Of a stretch of 64,000 nt of DNA, positions 13,230-25,560 are shown one piece after another. Within the stretch, counting starts at the first letter, position 1; the number at the start of each line of letters is the position of its first letter. The notes under the pieces were generated by a model. That model did no database searches. It saw only the letters and a program-made list of their open reading frames with translations, and had not been told where the DNA came from. The position numbers and the translations under genes were made by a program. The DNA comes from Octopus sinensis (Eukaryota): the NCBI RefSeq assembly GCF_006345805.1, contig NC_043010.1, positions 33,108,001 through 33,172,000 on the forward strand, read 5' to 3'.

Positions 13230-14105
13230 AGGGTGCGTAAAATTTTTGAAGACAGATTTATGTTTATAAAAAATAAACAGATATATAATAACAAATAATA
13301 ACTTTATTTATCAAAAATGCTATTAGGATAAAAATAAACTTTCTTTTCTATAATGTTATTCAATAAAACCACCTTCAGCTTCAACAACTGCTTCTATATG
13401 AGATCTAAATCATCTACATGCTCGAATAAAGTGGTCCTGGTTCATTTTGGACATTACTCTGTCTATAGCAACTTTCAAAGTATGTTTGGTGTTATGGGCA
13501 TGTTCATTGACCTCTCTCTCAACAACGCTCCACATGTAATAGTCCAATAGATTGAGATCTGGGGAATTAGGAGGCCAAGTGTTAAGGGTTATGTGATCAT
13601 AAAAATTTTCAGTCATCCATTCCTGTGTTACTAGAGCCATATGTGATAGAGCATAGTCTTACTAAAACACATATGGCCTTCCATTATATACACTGTCTAT
13701 CCAGGGCTTAACAATTATTTCCAGGACCTCAATGTAGGCAATAGAGTTAACTCTAAGGCCTTGTGGAAAGAATGTCCTTCGTTGTTGATAACCCCTAAAA
13801 TCATGACAGTTGCAGGAAATTTGTATGCATAACACTTGGAACTTCAGAAGGGCCTGCACATAACCATCTGTCATTTCTTCAGTTAACTTTTTGATTTTGG
13901 TCGAAGTTTTTCTCGTCTGAGAAAAAACAAATCAAATCTTGGTTTTTCTGTTTGTTTAAGAGCCTTTTAGATCCGATGTAATGATTTTCTCTGGCTTTTT
14001 CTGGAAAATTGATCTTTCCTTATCATATAAGACTTATATCTGAGGTCTTCGTGGACAACATTTCTGGCTGTTCCTTCTGACACATGTCTATTGAGATTAT
14101 TCATG
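13230..14105 (-). mobile_element. DD37D (maT-like) Tc1/mariner transposon remnant, cut at its 5' side by the Tx1 element
   Basis: HVSEGTARNVVHEDLRYKSY, FFPQGLRVNS..YIEVLE, VF**DYALSH then WPPNSPDLNLLD with 37 residues between the two Ds. Confidence 0.85.
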
Positions 14106-14109
14106 AAAA

Positions 14110-17100
14110 GTGTGCTCTTGAGGAGAGCAACGTTGATAGTTGTGCCAACACAGATAAAAAAATTTCGGCGGTTGCCGCAGTGGCAACCAAGAATATTAAT
14201 ATTAATGTTAATCAGCTCGTCGAGCTATTTAAAAGAATGAAAGAGGAGGGTGGTGATGTTAAAATATCACCCTCCTCTAGTATCGTGGAGGCCGAGAAGC
14301 GGATCGTAGTGTTTAAAACCTTCTGTCCACAAAGCAGAAGGTTCAAACACTTTGAAAAGGATATCATCGAAAAATGCCTGTCCCCGATTTGGAGGGACAT
14401 AGTATACATTGCCAGAGGATGCACATACGGCACTGTGGAGGTCCGCTTCTCGGGGCAAGAGGTGGCCTGCGGGTATTCCGTGAGTCCCCTAAAAACTAAG
14501 GAGGTGGTACTTCTGCCGACCTATATGGGACGTAGGACGTCCCGGGTCAAGTTTGCAGAAGTGCCGCCAGAAGTGGACCCTGTAGAGGTAGTGGCCGCCC
14601 TGTTGTATAACAGGGCAGACAAAATCAAAATACTGCCAGTAACATGCTCTGCCCCTCAAAATTGGCTTGGGCGGAGCATTACTGTTATAATCCAAGGGAC
14701 ACAGGAGGACCTTCAGGTCCTTCCTGAGAGGGTACTCGTGGGCGAGAATGTGGTCCTTAGGGTACAGGTCGAGGGCCGAAAACCCATCTGCTACGCCTTG
14801 GCAAAAAGGGCCACATTCGTGTGGACTGTCCTAACAATAAAAAGAAACCGCAGACAATAAACACAAAGGCCCCTCAGACAATAAAAAAATCTCTACCCTT
14901 GCAAATTCACCTACCCCTACAAAAACAAAAAGTCCCACTCCTGCTGTTACGGTGTCAACCCCAAAACAAACTGACAAAAAACCCAGCCCCTGCACACACA
15001 AACCCCTACATTCTTAAAACCTCCCACCCCCTTAAAAATTGCGGCGCCTACTGAACAAAATATAACTACCCCAGACGATACCATGGAGGTATCAGAGGGA
15101 GAATTTACGATTGTTCGTAAAAGAACCCATGCATCATCCCCGTCTACATCCCCTACAAAAAATAATAAAAACGATGACACACCACAGACACCAAAAAAAA
15201 AAATCCCGCCCAACTAGCCCAGATAAAAAAGGACGAAAAGACGAACTCGTGTTAATTGAGTACGATATTCGAGACAAATATAAGAATGATATTGTGGTCC
15301 CGCATCACACAGCAAGACTGTACGACAAACACAAAGATCTAGACGAAAGATGTGCTTGGATTGCGGAAAGAGTGTACAGACAAATTAAAGACAGACACCC
15401 AAAGCCATCCGGCGTATCACGAACTTACCAGGCTACTTGAGGAGGGAGGAGTGTGTGGTGAGGTCGGCCCCAACTTCTCCAACGAAATGTAAGTAGAACT
15501 TTTACTTTTTATAACGGCCTCTCTTAACCTTGGTTGTTTAAATGTGCGTGGTCTGAGTTCGAAATGGAAGCAGGCTTGTTTCCTCGACGACCTCAGATCA
15601 CATGATATACATGTGATGGTTGCTACAGAGACCAAGCTGGACAGTCTACAAACCTTCTCACCTCTCCTGAACAGCTACGAGAAAACCATGTCTCCTGGCC
15701 AGACCGGAGGGCAAGGGGGTGTAGTGGTACTGATCCGTTAAGGCTTGGCTCTGCAGACAAGTACAGTCTATGTGGACCCTGAAGGTGGGCTAGTCGTCCT
15801 CGATGTGGAATACAGCAGTAGTGCCTTCAGGTTGATCGGACTCTATGCACCTTGTGCTAGAGGTTTCCAAATTGATTTTTATCGGCGCCTAGTGGGCCTT
15901 TTCGTGACGTCGAAGACATTAGTGGTATTAGGGGACTTTAACGCTATCGTTGATGCACGCATCGATAGCGTTGGCTCGACCGATAGAAAAGTGAACTCAC
16001 GTCTCGTGGATCTACTTAAGCGTTTCCATCTGGCAGATCGTTACAGACTTGACCATCCGAACGTCCCAGTGTGGACCTGGATGAGTGGCGACGGAAGGTT
16101 CAAGTCTTATCTAGATAGGATAGTGATAAGTCTAGTTTTAGTTGTCCACAGCTTGTCCAGGTGTCCTACACTGACCATAGAATGGTCAAGTGTAGACAGG
16201 ACATAGATAGCACACTTAAGATAGGAACCGGCTACTGGAAGCTGAATAAGTCTATTTTGACTTGTGAGGCATACCGTAGCCGGATTAAGGAGTTAGTGCA
16301 GAGGGCGTTAACCGGAGCCGTGGTTAATAACCGGTGGTTGTTCGCCCTCAAAAGAGCCATTCGGTTTAGCAAATAACTAAGACTAGACAGGTCTAGAATA
16401 GAAGGGCAACTAGTTAAGAACTTAGAAGAGGCGTTGAGGTTGGGCTCTGCATCTCATATTTTGGCGGCGAGAACGGCATTAGACCGTCACCTCAAAACCA
16501 AACATGAGGGGTGTAGAGTTCGGGCTAAAGTGCGAGCATTGGGCCGTGAGGGAATTAATGTTGCCGGATGGGCCCGTATGATAGAAACCCAGCGTGACAT
16601 CGATGCCACAATTAGGTCTCTTGTTGACGAAAACGGATGCACGGTCAAGGAGCGGGACGAGATGTGTGAGGCACTTTACAAGCACTTCGCCGAGTTGTTC
16701 GGGAGGTGCGGGACGCTGGATCATGGTGAGGTCCTTAGGGACTTCCTTCTGGTGGCCCGCAACTCTCGGCACGAGAAGCTGAGTGCTGTGAGGGGCCAAT
16801 CACAGCTGAGGAAGTAATCAAGGTGTTGGGCGAGTGCCCCGGGGAAAAGTCGCCGGGTTTCGATGAGTTTTATAAAAGTATGCCAGACTTATTCGAGCAC
16901 CTGCTGGCTAGCGTCTACGCCAATTGGCAGCCGAATGGGAGAATTCCTAAGTCTGTGAGCCGAGGGGGGGGCGCTGATCAGAAAGGACCCGATCAAGGGG
17001 GACGAGATAGGTAACTTTAGGCCCATAACTCCGTTAAACACAGAGTTAAAGATTTTGGCCAAGGTGTTGGCAAAAAGGTTGGCGCGGGTCGTGGACAAAC

Positions 17101-18515
17101 TTGTCGGGGAGGCGCAAACTTGCGCTGTCCCGGGCATGTCAATCCACGACAATCTCCACCTTATACGCTACACCTTAGAGAGGGTGAGGAAAATTTCTGG
17201 CGCAGGAGGCGCACTGGTGCATTTAGACCAGTCTAAAGCATCTGATAGGGTCGACCATCGGTACTTGGCGGCGGTCCTCGGGGAGGCTGGCCTGGGCACG
17301 ACCTTTCGAGGTTGGATCGCTGCTTTCTATAGCGACATCGAGTCTGTCGTCAAGGTGAACGGTTTCTTTTCGAAGCTGTTAAGGATCGAGCGTTCAGTTC
17401 GTCAAGGGTGTCTCCTGTCTCCGCTTCTATATGTGTTGGCTCTTGAGCCTTTGCTGCGGAAGTTGGAGGCACTAGGGTGCGCGCCGCATGATCTATTGTG
17501 TGGAAGAGGAGCTACCGAGTACGCGGATGTCATCTCCATCATCGTGGCAGATGAAGGCCAGCTTCCAGTGGTGGAAGAGGCCATCAAAAACTACGAGGCG
17601 GTGGCAAAAGCAAAGGTTAACAAGGACAAGTCGGTCAGTTTGCAACTCGGCACCTGGAGGGGCAAGCTGATGCCGTCCAATAACGTCGTGGGCATTGGAC
17701 GGAAGGTCTTGTTAAGCTGCTCGGAGTCTGGATTGGTTCAGACCTCCAGATAGAGAAAAATTGGAGTGAGGTGGCCAGCAGGGTGACCGCTCTAACCCAG
17801 ACCTGGTCTGGACGGGCGTTATCCCTGCTAGGGAGGGCGGAAGTGGTGCAGATGTTTATAGCATCAGTAATCACCTACCATCTGACCGTGGTGCCTTGCC
17901 CCGATTTGTGGTTGAACAAGTTGGAGAGAATCCTTTTCCGCTTTTTGTGGAAAGGAGGAAAGCCACTTGTAAAGAGCTCTGTCTGCTGCCAGAAACCGCT
18001 AAAAGGTGGGCTAGGGATGCCTTGGCTGAAGATGCGAAAACTCGCGTTAAGGTTGAGGCACCTCTGGCTTTACCTGGATGGAGAGCAGGTGTGGTCACCG
18101 CACGTCCGGTTCTACCTTCCCCAGTTAACGTCCCTAACGGACATCGGTGCATGGATCAAGCGGAGACCTAAACTGGGGGGATAGCATTTAGAGTGCCGTC
18201 AGGCACTCCAGCTATTCTCTCGGAAGGGCAACGCCGGCAACAGGAGTTCGACCGCGGATTTCTATAGTGGGTTAGTGGAATTTATGTCAGAAGACGCCAT
18301 GGGGGAGACCCTGGGCTACGATGAAAATCAGTTGGTCAACCTGTTCCGGAGGACGTTCGAGCCGGGGTATCTGGGTAACTACCAGAAATCTCTGGCCTGG
18401 CAGTGTTTCCGTGCAGCGTTACCTGTTCGCGACAAGCTGGCAAGGCACAGAAGTGCCGTTTCGCCGACATGCCCGCGATGTGAGCAGGATAGGGAAACCG
18501 TCTTGCACGCATTGT
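14110..18515 (+). mobile_element. Tx1/L1-clade LINE: ORF1 (~14110-15440, CCHC knuckle) and ORF2 (~15500-18515, APE endonuclease, RT, CCHC), with stops and frameshifts, 3' end missing
   Basis: ORF1 CYA/GKKGHIRVDC. Endonuclease CLNVRGL, ATETKL, LIGLYAP, LGDFNA, YLDRI, TDHRMV. RT KSPGFD, NFRPITPLN..KILAKVLAKRL, LDQSKASDRVDH, VRQGCLLSPLLY, YADV. Terminal CPRCEQDRETVLHALF. Confidence 0.92.
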
Positions 18516-18639
18516 TTATAATCTCATACGTAATTTCATTCGAAATGTTTAACCGTGTAAAGCTACTTCACCCTTTATGTTTGTCTGTCCTTGTTTGTCC
18601 CCTCTTTGTAAATGCCTAAATGGCATATTATATGAAATA

Positions 18640-19032
18640 AAGAAGCTTGCTTACCAACCACATGGTTCCGGGTTCATTCCCACTGCGTGGCACCTTGGGC
18701 AAGTGTCTTCTACTTTAGCCTCGGGCCGACCAAAGCCTTGTGAGTGGATTTGGTTGACGGAAACTGAAAGAAGCCCGTCGTATATATATATATATATGTA
18801 TATGTATGTATGTGTATATGTTTGTATGTCTGTGTTTGCGCGCCCCACCCACATCGCTTGACGACCGATGCTGGTGTGTTTATGTCCCCGTAACTTAGCG
18901 GTTCGACGAAAGAGACCGATAGAATAAGAACTAGGCTTACAAAGAGTAAGTCCTGGGGTCGATTTGCTCGGCTAAAGGCTGTGCTCCAGCATGGCCACAG
19001 TCAAATGACGGAAACAAGTAAAAGAGTAAAAG
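18640..19032 (+). mobile_element. tRNA-derived SINE with internal (TA)/(TG) tract, CpG-rich copy
   Basis: B-box-like ggttcattccc, core ggcaccttgggcaagtgtcttc, tail ccagcatggccacagtcaaatgacggaaacaagtaaaagagtaaaa. Multiple copies in window. Confidence 0.85.
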
Positions 19033-20153
19033 GTATTAGAATAATGGAATAAAAGTTAGTCATAATAAGAGATCTCCCAAAAATCTATTTCCTTATTTTC
19101 AAACAGCCATACCAACAAATTAATTTTGGGTTGTTGTTTTTCATCAATTTTTGTTGTTTTTGTTTTGTTGTTGTTGTTTTGCTTTTTTCAGATTATGCCG
19201 GTATCTTCAGAAAATTTGATTTTGTTTAGAAAAATATTCATGTAACAAATTCCAGAAGGTAAAAAGTAGAATATTCAAAAGTCAAGGTGCGTGTGTGTGT
19301 TTGTGCAATATCCGCCGCCTCCAGCTCCTTTTTCTTTTACGTCAAATTCCAATATAATCAAAATTTATACTGTCTGCAAAATATCTGTAGAAAATTTCAT
19401 TTAAAAGGTATTCGTTTTTCAGAAAGTTATGAGGAAACAAATTGGAGGGGCGCGTACTTCTGTAGTTACGCCGAAATAAAGTACCAGTCAAGTACTAGCC
19501 GATTTAATTATCAATCTCCTCTTTAAAAAATGTGATTTTTGTGAGAGTATTAGAAATAGCTGTGTGTGCTTTGTTACTGAGAACCGTTTACGGCGAAGGT
19601 AAAGAATACGCACACCACCCGTACTCGATGAATAAGGTTAGGGTTACGCCGAAAACAGGTGGTGTGCGTGTTCTTTACCTCCGACCATTTACCTATAACA
19701 CCGATAACAAATTACCAATAATTTCAAAGCAACAATCCCAAACACCAATTGCTCTATCTATACTAAGAGCAAATAGAGTAAGAAGAATTAATAGAGAATC
19801 TAATTCAGTAATCTACATATTTAGTTGACATCATTTATGCCCCTTGACTAAGCGGTGTTTGGTAGATTTTGTTCCTATAAATTCCTTATCCAGTAAATTT
19901 GAATAACTATTTTTGCTAAATGAAATGTGTTTTAATTGATTGGATAGTTTCTTTTGTTGTGTTGATTTAACGAAAAGAATGAATATCATTAGAACTAACT
20001 AATTTTTTCATTTCGAAATTTTTCTTCACAAATTCAACTTCAATGCACTAACCTTGTTGCGGTAAACGAACTCAGAAGACACCGATTCAATGTTGACCTT
20101 CAGTGATTAGAAATATTCACAGGAGGTTTTCCGATCTTAACTAATATACAAAG

Positions 20154-20284
20154 ATGTCCAGTACTTCTACACCGAGTACCTTCCTGAAGAATATCCTTCA
20201 AAATGGCATTGGTCGACACATATGTCAACTCCAAAGAATTACGCTGTGTTTTTGTAAGTCTCACACTGGCAGCAATGGCATGAG
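20154..20284 (+). CDS. MRPL43: Mitochondrial ribosomal protein L43, coding exon 1
   Basis: ATG at 20154. [43 protein letters not shown](R) matches the mL43 N-terminus (NGLGRY.QLQR). Donor AG|gtaag, phase 2. Confidence 0.93.
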
Positions 20285-21355
20285 GTAAGATATTGAGTTA
20301 TGTTGACGTTATTTAGTCGCAAGTCAACACGATCGAGGCGTTTCAACCGTGACCATCCATAAAAACTACATTATCCAATGTTGCCTACTCTTACTTTAGT
20401 GAAATTTGTCTGTTCTTTCTAGCCAAGCAAACAACCACGTAGGAGCTCTTTGTCATTTTACTAGATCTTCTTACTTATACTTGTTACGCTAATATTTCCC
20501 TTTGGAAAAAGCACAAATATCACGAATTCTCACTTCTTCCATTCCATATTTACATGGTTTCGTGTCTAATTAAGAAATTATACTTTAATCTAATTGGTAT
20601 GACAAACAACGAGTAATACAGACAGACTAAGCTAGAAATCTGTTTTCCATTCTTACTTCAACTTGTAACCATTTCATTCCATGGGAGAGCTGTGTGAACA
20701 TCACGTAATGTTAACCTTAACCCTAACTTTGCATGCTTTGATCTGAACTTATACACGGGGTCCTTACCGAGAAGCGGCAAGTTCATGTCTTGTCCCCTAA
20801 ACGATAAAATAAATCTATGGTACTTATACGGTTATGGGTAATCATATCATCTTGTATTGTTCTACCATATCCACCACCCACTACTTTAATATGCAGTGTT
20901 GTCATTTAGTTTACCCCCGTGTCATCCATGACCAAGGAAACATAATGAAAATCGTTCCAGTGATGACCTTCATGCCTTTTTGTATTTCCAGGATTATATT
21001 GTTATTAGCGGGAGTGTTGCAAATGTGGTTGAACATATAGCATTGAATGAGTCGCTGTTGTTGTTTAGCCCGAAATGAGCCCTAGTCCTACAAACATATG
21101 ATCCATAGCATTCCAGCTGTAACTAACCTACCCATTCATTTATATATATATATATATAATTCAACCCACACACATACTTACACATGCACATATAGATTCT
21201 AATATAATGAAGACCATCTCAACTACACCTAAAACATCCTCTTTTCTAAAGTGTCCCATCTATGTTTAGCCCCTTGTGGGTAGTAAAGAAATATTTTCCT
21301 AAACTCAAGAAAACGAATTCAACTCCAGATTTTTTCAATTAATTCAGATATATAA

Positions 21356-21389
<34 letters not shown>

Positions 21390-21692
21390 GAGCAGTCTGT
21401 TGGTTATGACGATGAGGGTCCCAGCTGATACGATCAATGGAACAGCTTGCTCGTGAAATTAACATGCAAGTGGCTGAGCACTCCACAGACATGTGTACCC
21501 CTAATGTAGTTCTCAGGGAGATTCAGTGTGACACAGTGTGATAAGGCTGGCCCTTTGAAATATAGGTGAGTGGATTGGAGCAATGTGAAATAAAGTGTCT
21601 TGCTCAAGGACACAACATGTTGTTGGGAATTGAACTCATAACCTTACGATCATGAGCCAAATGCCCTAACCATTAAGCCACGCAACTTCACT
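21390..21692 (-). mobile_element. tRNA-derived SINE
   Basis: Reverse complement: A box tggcttaatgg, B box gagttcaattcc, core gtgtccttgagcaagacact. Confidence 0.82.
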
Positions 21693-21753
<61 letters not shown>

Positions 21754-22019
21754 GTATATATATATATATGAATTTTCTATAACAAAAATTAGACATGATG
21801 AAACCCTCAAAGTTACAAAAGTGCTTTATGAATAGTTCTTATCCAAATCATGACTATCTCCTTTTTCTTAATATGTATATATCATTATCATTAAATGTCT
21901 GCTTTTTATTCCAAACAGCCATAACAACAAAATCACTTCTTGATTTTTTTTTACAAAAATGATGCCAGTATATTGTTTCATTCAATAAATAACGTTTTTA
22001 CATTACATATTTAGAATAA

Positions 22020-22700
22020 ACTGTGGGTTTTGCAAATAGCGAATTAAAACTTGAAATGAAAAGATTGAAATAAAGAATGAGAAACTTTGGAAATGAAAAT
22101 GGAATACTCTGCAGTGAATCCAACAAATAATAATATCTGTGATAAATTGGAGTTCAAAAATTCAATAAACTTCAGAAATCGAAATTATAGGGAATTCCTT
22201 AGAACACCTCCAAAATTGGATTTTACTCATAAGGTATTAGAATCTTACATATATACCATTCTGCCTAAAAAATGGATCTACAAATTCAATATCCCTACAT
22301 ATCTCACATCTATTTTCTTTCCTCCACGTCACTCTTTATTTTGTATCCTATGTAAATTAACTATTACTTAACCATCCTCTCACACCATCTCTGATGAAGG
22401 GATATAATTAATAAATATCCTTGAAACAGCTGTAAGACCTTCTATCTATAAATGTTCTAATATCTACACAGCCTTGGTTTTTTATCTCATTATGCAAAAA
22501 ATTTTGTAATCATATAGAAGTCATATGGAAAACTAAATCTAGCTTCACCCTCACACTTCCTGACTTTATTCTTTATTTGCTCCTCACTGAAAAATTTATC
22601 ACTTGGTTTTCCAGGATTTTCAATTACATGGACCCATTACATTACACTACATTGATTGATAGCCAATTCCAAATGGTGAGCTTACTGTGATAGCCATATG
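22020..22700 (+). mobile_element. Penelope-like element terminal remnant carrying a hammerhead
   Basis: Weak resemblance to the end of a GIY-YIG ORF (WK*KWNTL) followed by the hammerhead at 22388-22437. Confidence 0.55.
22388..22437 (+). ncRNA. Minimal type I hammerhead ribozyme with intact catalytic core
   Basis: tct-CTGATGA-agggatat(aattaataa)atatcctt-GAAAC-agct-GTA-aga. 3-bp stem I, 8-bp stem II, 2-bp stem III with palindromic AGCU loop. Confidence 0.82.
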
Positions 22701-22724
22701 ATTCTCTGAATCTGTATTTTATAC

Positions 22725-22760
<36 letters not shown>

Positions 22761-22939
22761 GAGAGAGGGTTGGTGATGCAAATAGAAAAATAGTACTCAA
22801 AATATGAGTATATTTATATTTTGATTAATATATAGCAGAAGCAGCAGAGTGACTCAAGGGCCAAGAGTTTCACAAACTGGTTTGATAAGTGCCAACACAC
22901 GAAACTCTCGGCCTTTGAGACACTCTGATCCTTCTGCTA

Positions 22940-23529
22940 GAGCAATGACGAAAGACCGAAACCTCTGGAGATATGCTATGACTGCAAAGACCCAACAAAT
23001 AACGTGAGTTCATAGCTGTTTCCTGCACCAGCTTCACATAGAAGCCCCAGCCCATCCAAAGTACCTTGGATCGCAGGACGGCCTGCTGTGCTTACCTAGG
23101 ATCACAGGACGGCCTACTGTGCTTACCTTGGATCGTAGGGCAACCTACTGTGCTTGAGGAGACCTATTGAGTCAAGTACATCAACATCAAAAAATCAAAT
23201 GGAAATTGTAGTCGTGATACCTGTGCCGGTGGCACGTAAAAAGCACCATCCGAACGTGGTCAATGCCAGTGCCACCTTGACTGCCTTCCATGCCAGTGGC
23301 ACATAAAAAGCACCAACCAATCGTGGTCATTGCCAGCCTTCCCTGGCACCTGGCACATAAAAAGCACCCACTACACTCACGGAGTGGTTGGCGTTAGGAA
23401 GGGCATCCAGCTGTAGAAACACTGCCAGATCAGACTGGAGCTTGGTGCGGCCTCCTGACTTCCCAGACCCCAGTCGAACCGTCCAACCCATGCTAGCATG
23501 GAAAATGGACGTTAAACGATGATGATGAT
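22940..23529 (+). mobile_element. RTE LINE 3' UTR with internal tandem repeats and (GAT)n tail
   Basis: Homologous to the UTR after the RTE ORF end at 49490-50412. Contains ggcgttaggaagggcatccagctgtagaaac and ends aaacgatgatgatgat. Confidence 0.85.
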
Positions 23530-23546
23530 ATACACTCACACACACA

Positions 23547-25051
23547 CAGGGTGTAACGGGTAAATTGGGGCCATTTAAATATTTTTAATATAACAGGTAT
23601 AACTCAGAAAAATCAAATACATCAAGTTTTATGTTTATGCCAATTTATTGTGGAGAGTTTTGCACTTATTTCAGTTTAATGTGACCATCATTTGCTTTCT
23701 TTACCAGTTCAATCCATTTACGAAATGATGCACATGCCTTAACTATTTCTTCGTTTTTCATTGTACTGAATTCTCGCTTGAGCGAAGCCTTCAATGAAGA
23801 CACAGTTGTGAGAAGTTGCATTGGATATTGCTTCAGCTGTGCCACATAGCCAAAACTCACATGGATTCAAATCTGGCGAGCTAGAGGGCCAGATATGTTT
23901 AGGGACAAACATAGGTAATTCCTCCATCAAAAGTTCTTGCACACTTTTCAGAGAATGGGCTGGTGCAGAGTCCTGTACAAACATGACTTGACTTGCATCA
24001 TAATGCTTCCTAATCCAAGACAACAAAACTTCTAAGATTTTGAGATACTCTGCTGTGTTGTTTTTAAGAACTGCTTCAATAAAATGAGCAGGCATCAATT
24101 TCCCATCACTTGCAGTAGCTCCAAAGACCATAATGGAAACTGGATTCTTGCTATATGCATAACTGAAAGAACTTGGGAAGGATTGTACACTATCACTCGT
24201 GAGTTTTGACTGTTTGCAATTTCGTCTATCATAAACTTCTTTTCATCCATGACGTTGCAGACATTTCCACCATGATGTTTCAGATGACTAAGAAGTTTGA
24301 GACTTCTTTCAGCTAGAATGGTTTTGGAGTGGGTAGTTAATATGTTACAGTGTCTCCTCATGTACAATTTCATATGAAGGTCTTGTCTCACAGTCCTAGA
24401 AATAGTCATCTTACTGATTCTTCGATCTTGAGCCAACTTCGCCGTCGATTTTGATGGGTTTGACTCAATCGATCTTTCAAACCCTGTTAACCCTTTAGCA
24501 TTCAAACTGGCCATATCAGGCCCAAATATTCTACCTGTGTTGTGTTGAAACTGACCAGATCGGGCCTCTCACAACTACTATACAATATAATTCTAAAATA
24601 AAATAAATGCATCATTGAAATCGCAAAGCTACAAGATGATGCATAATTAACTGAAAACAAAGTGAATAAATGGGCCTTAAATTTAACAGAATAATCTAAA
24701 TGCTAAAGAGTTAAGGAGCGAGGTGTGCGTTTTCAGTCACTACGAGGACTGTCAGGCCCTCTCTGAACATCCTGACTTTTCTTCAAATTGGCTGCAACTC
24801 TAAAAACAAGATTTGGCATGCTTTGTGGCTCTAACAATCACCCCAGCACTTTTGCCGGCACAGAATAATTTTGAAATTACACTTCTGCAGTTTAATTCTT
24901 TATTAACATTCATAGTTTGTTCAATCTGAAATACGAAATAGTACAAGTGATCATTCAAGCTGGTAATATTTAAAATTAATACTCCAACAAAATCTGTACA
25001 ATTAGAAATATACCCATTTGAAATTTGACCCAGTTTACCTGTTACACCCTG
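23547..25051 (-). mobile_element. Full-length decayed Tc1/mariner transposon (DD37 spacing) with ~30-bp TIRs
   Basis: TIR cagggtgtaacgggtaaattgggg versus reverse complement cagggtgtaacaggtaaactgggt, TA after the right end. MDEKKF, FVQDSAPAH, WPSSSPDLNPCE. Confidence 0.92.
24491..24710. mobile_element. piggyBac-type MITE inserted in the transposase
   Basis: TTAA TSD at 24487-24490 and 24711-24714, TIR ccctttagcatt / aatgctaaagag. Removing it restores KRTPRSLTGFERSIE. Confidence 0.88.
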
Positions 25052-25560
25052 TATATCATTCAATTGCATAATATTCTTAACTGAGCTTTATGTCGCAGTC
25101 GGCGTCTTCCAAGAAGTCTCACTAATTCAATTTTAATCGGAATCAAATTTAGTTTTTTTTTAAATTATGCTTGACTAGTTATAAGCTACATTTAGACAGA
25201 AAATACTTAAAATCTGGGCCCGACATCGACACTTTGAATCCACACCATTCTTTTAATTTTGATTAAGAATTATTATAATGATATTAATATGAAAGAGAAA
25301 TATTAAAGGAATATATTGGTAAAGGTTTCGTAAAATTTTATCCATTAGAAAAAAGATATTTAATTTTAATTCTCAAATTTTTATCAATTTTCGCGTGATA
25401 TTAAAGGGACACTACTCAGATATAACTACAGATTTCTACCCCCTCCGAATTTGGATGATCATAAAAATGGATATTTTTTAATGAAATTTTCTACGAATAT
25501 GTGTTATATTATGTAGATTCCGAATATACAAAATTGAGTGGGGAGTGTTTTAGGAGGGGT

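Noticed and set aside
14084-14860. 258-aa ORF as a host gene
   Set aside because: It is Tx1 ORF1, its start codon lies in antisense transposon sequence, and it frameshifts in the zinc knuckle.
15500-18515. Active LINE
   Set aside because: Multiple stops and frameshifts, YADD mutated to YADV, 3' end absent.
13226-18577. ataaagggtg / caccctttat as TIRs enclosing the Tx1 insertion
   Set aside because: Only about 10 bp match and adjacent bases do not, too weak to call.
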